Translations under genes and position numbers: made by a program | Shown: positions 24,973 to 33,100 of the stretch, in pieces | Numbering within the stretch: position 1 is the stretch's first letter | How the letters are laid out: each line of letters begins with the position of its first letter | The notes under the pieces: model-generated | What the model was told of the DNA's origin: nothing | Database searches by the model: none | Seen by the model: the letters and a program-made list of their open reading frames with translations, nothing else | NCBI GenBank assembly: GCA_964421445.1 | Contig: CAYQXL010000001.1 | Coordinates: forward strand, 1,981-65,980 | Direction: 5' to 3' | Length of the DNA: 64,000 bases | Origin: an uncultured Pseudomonadota bacterium | Lineage (GTDB): Bacteria > Desulfobacterota > Syntrophorhabdia > Syntrophorhabdales > CAYQXL01

Positions 24973-26877
24973 ATGAAAGACGACAGAATTTCCCATCATG
25001 AGTCAGTGCGCCGGGTCTATGAGCGCATCAAAAAGGACGGCATGGACAACATCTGGGATCGCTACGAAGCACAGGGGTTGGGGCCGAACCCTGACCAGAG
25101 GTGTCCGTTCTGTCAGGGTGGGGTCCGGTGCGACCTCTGTTCCAACGGTCCCTGCCGGGCTGACGTGGCGAAGGACAAAAAGGGTGTATGCGGTATCACC
25201 GGCGACGGGATGGCAATGCGGATGATGCTTTTGAGAAATGTTATGGGGGCATCGACATACCACTATCACACGGAGCAGACGATCAAGACCCTCCGGGCGA
25301 CGGCGAAGAACCGTTCTCCCTTCCGGATCACCGAACCGGAGAAGCTGGCAACCTTTGCGACGCGCCTCGGTGTACCTCTTTCTTCTTCACCGGAAGAGAC
25401 AGCCCTCGCATTCTGCGATGCCGTGGAAGCGGACTTTAACGGGAAGTATGACGAACCGAGCCGGATTGTCGACATGCTTGCTCCCCAAGAGCGAAAAACG
25501 CGGTGGACCGAACTGGGCATATTCCCCGGTGGCATTTACGGCGAGATGATGTTTTCCACCAGTTCGTGTCTGACGAACGTCGACGGCTATTATGTCAGCC
25601 TCGCTCTGAAGGCGATGCGCCTCGGCATTGCCATGGCCTACCAGAGCCAGATCGTCAACGAATACTGTCAGGACATACTCTTCGGCATTCCCAGGCCCCA
25701 CGCGATCCGTGTCGATCTCGGTGTCCTTGACCCCGACTATGTCAATGCCCTGACGAACGGACACGAACCCTTTCTCGGTTTTGCCATGGTCCAGCTCGCC
25801 AGAACCGAAGAGTGGCAGGCGAAAGCGAGGGCTGCCGGGGCAAAGGGGCTGAGGGTCATCGCCAACATTGAAACGGGCCAGGAGATGATTCAGCGGTGGA
25901 CGATGGACGACGCATTCTATGGGTTTACGGGGAACTGGATTATGCAGGAGGCCGTTCTCGCGACAGGGTGTGTGGACCTCTTTGCCTGCGATATGAACTG
26001 TTCCATGCCGATCGATCCGCTCTATGCGGAGAAATACAGATTTAAACTGATTCCGGTCAGTCAACTCGTTGCCTTTGAGGGGGTATCGGAGAGGATCGAC
26101 TATGAACCGGAACGGGCCCGGGAGCAGGCGGCGGCGCTTCTCGACATGGCGATCGGGAACTTTCCCGGCAGGCGGTCGTCGGTTACACCGTTGACAGGAC
26201 TGCCGATGGGGGAGGCGATCGTTGGTTTTTCAACGGAGAGTATCGTCGACGCCCTCGGGGGAACGATCGAACCGCTGATGAATGCCGTCAGGAATGGGAC
26301 GATCCGTGGAATTGCAGGCCTCGTTTCGTGCACGACCCTCAGGGACACCGGCCAGGATGTTCACAGTGTTCGTGTTGCCAGGGAACTGATCAAAAGGGAT
26401 ATCCTTGTCCTGTCGATGGGGTGCGGCAATGGTGCCATGCAGGTGGCAGGCCTGTGCAGTCCCGACGCGAAAGCATTTGCCGGTCCCGGTCTCCGGTCAA
26501 TCTGCGAGGCTCTGGCGGTTCCGCCTGTTCTCAGTTACGGGACGTGTACCGATACAGGACGGATTGCCGACCTTCTGTCCGTTGTGTCTGCAGCCCTGGG
26601 CGGTGTCGCCATACCGGACCTTCCCGTTGTGGCCGTGGCGCCGGAATACATGGAGCAGAAGGCGACCATTGACGCTGTCTTTGCACTGGCTCTGGGACTC
26701 TATACATACGTTAATCCCGTCCCTACCGTAACCGGTGGTCTCAATCTCGTCAAACTGCTGACCGCTGATCTTCCTTCTGTCACAGGGGGGTTGCTGAACG
26801 TGGAGACCGATGCAGTCAAAGCCGTCGACGGCCTCGCGGAGCACATCGAAAGGAAGCGGAGGGCATTGGGGATGTAA
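24973..26877 (+). CDS. cooS: CooS-family (anaerobic CO dehydrogenase scaffold) protein with a deviant C-cluster ligand set
   Basis: N-terminal Cys clusters are CPFCQGGVRCDLCSNGPCRA...GVCGI. Conserved blocks are NGHEP, CDMNCSMP, LVSCTT, SMGCGNG and YGTCTDTGR. The canonical GICCTGNE block reads ANIETGQE here. Confidence 0.8.
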   Translation: MKDDRISHHESVRRVYERIKKDGMDNIWDRYEAQGLGPNPDQRCPFCQGGVRCDLCSNGPCRADVAKDKKGVCGITGDGMAMRMMLLRNVMGASTYHYHTEQTIKTLRATAKNRSPFRITEPEKLATFATRLGVPLSSSPEETALAFCDAVEADFNGKYDEPSRIVDMLAPQERKTRWTELGIFPGGIYGEMMFSTSSCLTNVDGYYVSLALKAMRLGIAMAYQSQIVNEYCQDILFGIPRPHAIRVDLGVLDPDYVNALTNGHEPFLGFAMVQLARTEEWQAKARAAGAKGLRVIANIETGQEMIQRWTMDDAFYGFTGNWIMQEAVLATGCVDLFACDMNCSMPIDPLYAEKYRFKLIPVSQLVAFEGVSERIDYEPERAREQAAALLDMAIGNFPGRRSSVTPLTGLPMGEAIVGFSTESIVDALGGTIEPLMNAVRNGTIRGIAGLVSCTTLRDTGQDVHSVRVARELIKRDILVLSMGCGNGAMQVAGLCSPDAKAFAGPGLRSICEALAVPPVLSYGTCTDTGRIADLLSVVSAALGGVAIPDLPVVAVAPEYMEQKATIDAVFALALGLYTYVNPVPTVTGGLNLVKLLTADLPSVTGGLLNVETDAVKAVDGLAEHIERKRRALGM

Positions 26878-26918
26878 CCGGGTCAACCGGTGAACGGAGG
26901 GCGGAAGCTCTGCCAGGA

Positions 26919-26950
26919 CCGGTGACAGGCCGGCTCAGGCCTGTCACCGG
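26919..26950. terminator. Bidirectional hairpin between convergent genes
   Basis: ccggtgacaggcc-ggctca-ggcctgtcaccgg is a perfect 13-bp GC-rich stem, followed by gttctcttct on the + strand. It lies between the cooS-family stop (26877) and the stop of the minus-strand selenoprotein gene (26959). Confidence 0.6.
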
Positions 26951-26958
26951 GTTCTCTT

Positions 26959-27531
26959 CTAAGGAATGAGTCTGTACGGCATCGCTCTCTTGGTCCACAT
27001 ATTTCCCGGATATGCGCCTGAGAGCTGATCCCATGCCTGGCGGAGGGGTTTGGGATCATGGGTATGTTTATATCCTGTCACGCCTTTCCAGAATATGGCC
27101 GCAGGTGCCGAATCGGTGGCGGAAAAGGTGGTGATGATCCGATCGAGGAGTGCGAGGGTTTCGGGATATTTGTCAAAGTCGTAATACATCTTTGATATGC
27201 CGAGAAGCACTGAGGGAATAAATTCTTCAACGGTCAGATAGCCGACGGTCCGGGAATGCTCCTTTCCTTCCCAGTCGAGAATAATCAGGGCCGGAGTCCA
27301 CTTGATGCCGAACTGTGTCGCCAGGGGCTCCGAGTCTGCCGGGATGCGAAGGGGAACAACGGTCTGGTTGACGAAATCTGTTACAGCTTTGTCGGGATAC
27401 GTCACCGTATCCATCTGCTGGCACCCAATTCACCCAGGGTTGAAAAAGTCGAGAAATATTGGTTTCTTCTCAGCCGCTGCCCTGGCCACGGCTCTGCTCA
27501 TATCCGTTTCCCATACGATTCCGTTTCCCAT
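26959..27531 (-). CDS. Thioredoxin-fold selenoprotein (UxxC redox motif; in-frame TGA = Sec at codon 34)
   Basis: The track lists only 26959..27414. Upstream in the same frame: AGGAGG, 5 nt, then ATG(27531) GGA AAC... This gives MGNGIVWETDMSRAVARAAAEKKPIFLDFFNPG-TGA(27432..27430)-IGCQQMDTVTYPDKAVTDFVN... The TGA falls at the first Cys of the family's KPxxxDFxxxxCxxCxxMD motif. A hairpin follows 17 nt downstream. Confidence 0.75.
27395..27412 (-). other. Candidate bacterial SECIS hairpin
   Basis: On the mRNA strand it reads GGAUACG-GUGA-CGUAUCC, a 7-bp stem with a 4-nt loop starting with G. The stem begins 17 nt after the UGA. Confidence 0.55.
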
Positions 27532-27536
27532 ACGAT
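27503..27536. repeat. Perfect 2 x 17-nt tandem duplication spanning the start codon of the selenoprotein gene
   Basis: On the + strand, tccgtttcccatacgat appears twice. On the coding strand this is ATCGTATGGGAAACGGA twice, which creates two ATGs 17 nt apart in different frames. Confidence 0.9.
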
Positions 27537-27688
27537 CCTCCTGATAGATTAAGTTATGTCTCTCTGATTATAGTCGCAAATGGTTCTTCCGGCAAGGGGT
27601 CCGTTCGCCGGGGACCTGGAGATTCTGGTATACTATGGTATGGTACGGCACGGGCCTGTAATGAGAATTTGTTCATTGTGAGGAGCGT

Positions 27689-28024
27689 ATGAAAAGAGAG
27701 AATCGGCCGGACCCTGAACCGGAGGAACGGTTCGATACGGTCCGGCGGCATATCGTGAACCTTTTGTGCGAATACGAACTTTCGGCCCGGGAGATAAGCC
27801 GGACGCTCCATGTGCCCGAGCGGGAGGTCAATGACCATCTCGATCATATCCGCCGGAGTCTCCACCATCAAAACCGGAGGCTTGTCGTTACCCCCGCCCT
27901 CTGTGATCACTGCGGGTTTGTCTTTTCGAAGAGAGACCGGGTTTCAAAACCGGGCAAATGTCCCGATTGCCACAGAGGGACGATACGTGCGCCCCGCTTT
28001 TCAATCCCTACTTCCTCACGGTGA
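27689..28024 (+). CDS. Small transcriptional regulator: HTH domain fused to a C-terminal zinc ribbon
   Basis: RFDTVRRHIVNLLCEYELSAREISRTLHVPEREVNDHLDHI is wHTH-like. It is followed by CDHCGFVF...KCPDCH (CxxC...CxxC). Confidence 0.6.
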   Translation: MKRENRPDPEPEERFDTVRRHIVNLLCEYELSAREISRTLHVPEREVNDHLDHIRRSLHHQNRRLVVTPALCDHCGFVFSKRDRVSKPGKCPDCHRGTIRAPRFSIPTSSR

Positions 28025-30137
28025 AAACGACCTCATCGAGGACTGTTCCCTCTCCGTCGACGAGCCTGAGGGAGTGACGGCCCGCTTCGGGAATCCAGGG
28101 TTGGACTGAACCCTGTCCCAGGGGCCTGCCGTTCAGTGTCCACATTACCTGCCCTTCGTCGGGCGACGCTTCAAAGACCATCTTCTGTGCTTTTTCAGGG
28201 ATATCAGGATCGAGAGCGATTGTTGTTCCACCGGTCGGGTAGACAATGGAAGGAACGACAAGGGATTTTTCTGTCTCTCCCAGTACACGGGGTTCGGTTC
28301 CTCTGATGAACCATTCGTTCCGGACAGGCGGACCATTCTGCTGAACCAGTTGGAGGCGCTCAATGCCCGAAGGAGGGGGTGGTGGGCCGGACGGGAGTGA
28401 TCTGTGGAGATAGCGCATGATGTCGTGCCACAGGGGCGCAGCACCGGATACGCCGCTGACATTCCACATCGGCGACCCGGAGAAGTTACCGACCCAGACG
28501 CCGACGGTATAGAGGCGGGAAAACCCGATGCACCAGTTGTCCCTCATATCTTTACTCGTCCCCGTTTTAACGGAGGTCCAGAATGGTGTGGAAAGGGGGT
28601 TTTCCAGGCCGAATGTTGTACTCCGGGCCCCCCGGTCGCTGAGGATATCGGAAACGATGAACGATGCCTCCTTCGAGAAGACCCTTTTTTCTGCAGGCTT
28701 GCCGCCACCAGCCTCGATGCTGAGGGGTATGGAGAGGCCATTCCGTGCCAGGACGAGATATGCCTGGACGAGTTCATAGAGACTGACATCGATCGATCCC
28801 AGGGCCAGTGAGTAGCCGTAGTGGTCCGAATCGTAAAGGTTGGAGAAGCCGAGAAGACGGAGTGTTTCAACGAACCTGTCCTCCCCTGTGGCCAGAATTG
28901 TCCGAACGGCGGGAATGTTCAGTGACGACGCGAGGGCGATCCGTGCCGGCACCGGCCCCCGGTATCTGTTGTCGTAATTGTCGGGCCGGTAGATCCCCCG
29001 TTCAGTGAAGAGATCGATCGGCGAGTCGCTGATGAGCGATCCTGCCGTGAGAAGCTTCAGGTCGAAAGCCAGGGCATAGAGAAAGGGTTTCAGGGTCGAT
29101 CCGGCCTGCCGCCGTGCTGCTGCACCATCAACAAAGGGAGCACTCGAGTATATTCCCCCGTTCCCCACATAGGCGAGGATCTGACCGGTCCGGTTGTCTG
29201 CCACGAGAACGGCCCCGTCCCTGACATTCTTCTCCTTCAGTTCTCCGAGATATGCCCTGAGAACGGTGGAGGCAAAAGCCTGGAGGTCTCCGTCGAGGGT
29301 GCACTCGAACGCAATTTTTCCGGGGCGAGCCAAAAGCCGGGCGACGTGGGGGGCAAGGGACACCTGTGCTGGGATCCGGTAGGGCTGTCCCAGGCTGTCG
29401 GAAAGGACTCGGGTCAAATCGGAGGGAGGACTTTCCCAGGCCAGCGCCCCGGCGAGCCGTGCGACCCGCTGTGTGAGAGCAGGAATCGCCGCATTCGGTG
29501 ACCGGATGAGGGCGGCGAGAACAAGGGACTCAATCTGACTCAGCCCCGACGGTTCCTTCTGAAAGAGACCCTTCGATGCAGCCCTTATGCCCTGGAGTTC
29601 GCCGCGAAAGGAGACGAGGTTGAGATAGGCTTCCAGTATCTGATCCTTGGACCATCGTTTTTCGATTGCCTGTGCCGACCTCATCTGGAGAAGCTTGCCT
29701 TCCCACGATCGCTCTTTCGTCAGCCCCTTAATGTCCGGATCGATAATCTTGGCCAGTTGCATCGTCAGCGTGCTTGCCCCTCTCCTTCCACTCTGCCGGA
29801 CGTACGTCAGGACGGCACTCGCGACGGCCCGCCAGTCAACACCCCTATGGGATGTAAACCGGCGGTCTTCGGAGCAGATGACGGCGTCGATAAGGGCCGG
29901 AGAAACGTCTTTCAGCGGTACCCAGCCAAAGGACCGTCCCTGGAGATCGACGCGCAGTTCGTGGATCACGGAGCCGTTTCTGTCTCTCAGTGTGATGTCC
30001 GACGGCCTGTGCGAGGCGACGAGATCGCTGTATGCCGGAATAGCGGGCCTGTCGGCAGGCCGGAGGATGAGGACGAGACCTGTCCCGAGGCACAGAAGAA
30101 GAATCGCCGCGATGGACAGGATCAGCCCTCTTTTCAT
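28008..30137 (-). CDS. pbpC: Penicillin-binding protein 1C (bifunctional glycosyltransferase/transpeptidase family)
   Basis: The true start is MKRGLILSIAAILLL at ATG 30137, forming an ATGA overlap with the upstream stop. GT51 motifs are AVICSEDRRFTSHRGVD and GASTLTMQLAK. The transpeptidase motif is AGSTLKPFLY. There is a C-terminal PbpC domain. The 276-aa N-terminal extension in the track ORF is out-of-frame overlap with the A2M gene. Confidence 0.9.
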   Translation of the reverse strand: MKRGLILSIAAILLLCLGTGLVLILRPADRPAIPAYSDLVASHRPSDITLRDRNGSVIHELRVDLQGRSFGWVPLKDVSPALIDAVICSEDRRFTSHRGVDWRAVASAVLTYVRQSGRRGASTLTMQLAKIIDPDIKGLTKERSWEGKLLQMRSAQAIEKRWSKDQILEAYLNLVSFRGELQGIRAASKGLFQKEPSGLSQIESLVLAALIRSPNAAIPALTQRVARLAGALAWESPPSDLTRVLSDSLGQPYRIPAQVSLAPHVARLLARPGKIAFECTLDGDLQAFASTVLRAYLGELKEKNVRDGAVLVADNRTGQILAYVGNGGIYSSAPFVDGAAARRQAGSTLKPFLYALAFDLKLLTAGSLISDSPIDLFTERGIYRPDNYDNRYRGPVPARIALASSLNIPAVRTILATGEDRFVETLRLLGFSNLYDSDHYGYSLALGSIDVSLYELVQAYLVLARNGLSIPLSIEAGGGKPAEKRVFSKEASFIVSDILSDRGARSTTFGLENPLSTPFWTSVKTGTSKDMRDNWCIGFSRLYTVGVWVGNFSGSPMWNVSGVSGAAPLWHDIMRYLHRSLPSGPPPPPSGIERLQLVQQNGPPVRNEWFIRGTEPRVLGETEKSLVVPSIVYPTGGTTIALDPDIPEKAQKMVFEASPDEGQVMWTLNGRPLGQGSVQPWIPEAGRHSLRLVDGEGTVLDEVVFTVRK

Positions 30138-33100
30138 CTCTTTTCCCCGGGATGGATGGAGAAGAGGGGGTTTGGTATCTCGCCGAACATATCGGGAGCG
30201 TAGAGTGCCTCGAGCCGTGTCGCAGGAAGGCCGAAAACCCCGGCGGTGTTGAGGCGGACAGTGTATTCGACGGACCATTTCCCTTTTGGTACGAACTGGT
30301 AGTAGGCCCGGAATGCAGTGGAACTTCGTTCGGTAAAGTCCGGTCTGATCCACCCCCTGACCCGTTCGCCGGAGGTGAGAATCGACGAATCCCGGCCGAG
30401 TTGCCCTCCGAGAATTGTTGCTCCCGAGGGAACGGGATCGGACAGGACGACCCAGGTCATGTCGGACTGGGCTTCCATATCCACGCGGACTCTTGTTACG
30501 TCTCCCGCAGTCCACTGCCTGGGCGACTGCCTGTCGACGGGGGTCAGGGTCTTCGTCACTCTGAACCCGGCAAAAGCTGGTGCCGCGAGAGGTATGGCGG
30601 CGAGGCTTGACACGGATGCCCACGGCGCCCCCCGCCCGGTCTGTCTGATAGTGACGGTCCCTTTCTCCCGGGGCCAGGGAAAGTCGAACGATGCCCCCTT
30701 TGGCGCCTGGTTCCAGTCTGTAGATCTCTCTGTACCCAGGGAAACGGTTGTTGTGCCTGAGAGGGGTATGTTTTCGAAGTGGCGGGCAAACTTGTTCACC
30801 GCCTCTACGCCCCAGGCATTGGCTACTGTTGTTGACCATCGGCCTTCGGTACGGCGGGCGAGAGCCCCCCTGACGAGTTTTGGCATGTCGTCTTTCCACC
30901 GGGGATGAGTGAGAAATGTGAGAATCGTCCGGAGACTGTTGGTGTCGGTGTTCGACATGAGCCACCAGAGGCTGTCCCCTTTGTCCGTAGAAAAGGTGAG
31001 GACCGAACCGTGGAATGTGATCCGGGACCTAAGGATCTGCTCTGCCTGCTTTTGTCTTGTCTCTTTCTCTGTCACCGGGATGCGGGCCAGGATTCCGATC
31101 CAGTCAAGAAGGGCCGATGTGGGCCACAGATTCGGTTCAATCCGGATCGATTCAACGTGTTTGGCCGATGCCTTCCCCTTTCGTGAAAGGGCTTCGATGG
31201 CTGCGAGCTTCCTTATCGTCAGGTCGGGTACCGGGAAGGGCTGGGGCCGTTCAGTCTTTCCTTCGACAAACGCCGTGAGGGCCGCGATGACCCGGTCTTC
31301 AACATTTTTTGGCAGAGCAATGCCAGCTTCATGGGAGATGGCAAGGACGTAAGAGGAGAGGATATCGCTCCCCCTGGCCATGTCGGGGAAGTATTTGAGA
31401 AAGCCCTCGCTGTCGAGGTAGGTCGCCAATTCGGCCATGATCGGACCCCACTCCTTCTGGTTCCGGGACACGATGGCTTTGGAGATTTTCTGTTCGAGAC
31501 ATGTAAAGGGATAGGTATTCATATAATCGGCAACAGGCGAGAGGCTTCCCGACAACGATGGTGAAAGTGTCACCGAGACCCCTCCCTTTCCTTCGACCGC
31601 TTCCTTCGGTTTCTCCACAGGGACGGTGGAGTGACCGGTAATCTGGGAGAGGCGGGACTGGATGACCCGAACAGGGACGAGGGGTGCTACGGTCTGGGTC
31701 GTCTTCAGACTGTCACGAATCGTCCCTGACGGATCCCGGGCCGTGACCGTCCACGTGATGGCGGATGTATGTGCCGGGACCGTTATATCCCAGGCCATCT
31801 CCTTCGCCTCCCCCGGCTGAATCGTTTCTGTGCGCGGTGGGAGGACAGGCGGCTGACCTGTTCCCGATATGCCCACCGATGCCGAGAGCGTCAGCCTTTC
31901 CGGTTTATCCGTTGTGTTCCGGACCGTGAAGGATGCGGGAAATCTGTCCTGTTCCCGGACGGTCAGGGGAATGGCCGACGCAAGAACAATCTCCTGGTGC
32001 GTCCGGATAGTGCCCGTTCCCGTTCCGAAGAACTGTTCCCCTGCCGTGGCGATCGCAGCGACGACGAAACCGGTAATCGAATCGTTCAGGGGAAAGGTGA
32101 TCGTTGCTTCGCCGTGGCTGTCGAGAGGAACTGTTCCCTTCCAGTAGACGAGGGTGTCGAAGAGTTCCCTGGTCAGTTGTTTTCCTCCTCCGCCCCCGCG
32201 GGGAAGGGCCTTGAGGCCGTAGTGACGTTTTCCGATGACCTGACTCTGAGCCGTCGAGGTCCTGAAACTGTACCCCCGTTTTCTCATCATCCGCTCGAGG
32301 AGCCCCCAGCTTTTATTCTGGGCGAGTTCGAGAAGACCCTCATCAACAACGGCTACTGTGACCGATGCCGGAGCCGGCGGGACTTCCCCCCGTCCCGTCC
32401 GTGCCTGGACCTTGACGGACGCATTTTCTCTGACACGGTAGGTCTTCTTCTCCGGGAGAACGGCTACCTTCAGCTCGTGTGCCGACCAGCCTACGGCAAT
32501 TTCGGCTATACCGAGCTTGAATAACGGTTTGGCGGGATCGAACATGGCTGTCGGCTTTGGTCCTTTGACCCGGCCCCGTACTGCCAGGACTGAGACGAAG
32601 ATGTTCGGTGCATAACCCTCTTTCACCGGGAGCTCAATGACCGGTTCCTTTCCTGACAACTCGGTGACGAAGGCATCGAGGATACCTTCCCGCTCAACGG
32701 TGACGAGTACGGTTGCTTCCCTCATCGGTGCCCGTACCTGAAACCGGGCTTTTTCCCCAGGTTCATACCGCCGCTTCTCAGGAATGAGATCTATTCTGTC
32801 GCCATCTCCCACATCAAACCACCATTCATCGTCGCCGGATATCCACAGCCCTTCGTTGACAAGGGAGATATTTCCCGAGCCATCGTCGGCACGGCCTTCG
32901 ATGATGAAGTTTCCCGATCCCGGCGCAGGCATGGTGCACAGAAGCAGGCCCCGGTTGTCCGTTATGCCGCTGCAGCCGGCAACGGCTGGCTTGATCTCGC
33001 GGACATGTTCATAGGAGTAGAAACCTCCGATGAGCCGTTTCCGGTGGGAGAGGAAGTCCTGTTTAAAGATCTGGGAACTGACAGATATTCCGGACAATGG

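Noticed and set aside
30138-30965. N-terminal 276 aa of track ORF 28008..30965
   Set aside because: It is an out-of-frame overlap with the 3' end of the alpha-2-macroglobulin gene, and its sequence is R/P/G-rich nonsense. The real PBP1C begins with the signal anchor MKRGLILS at 30137.
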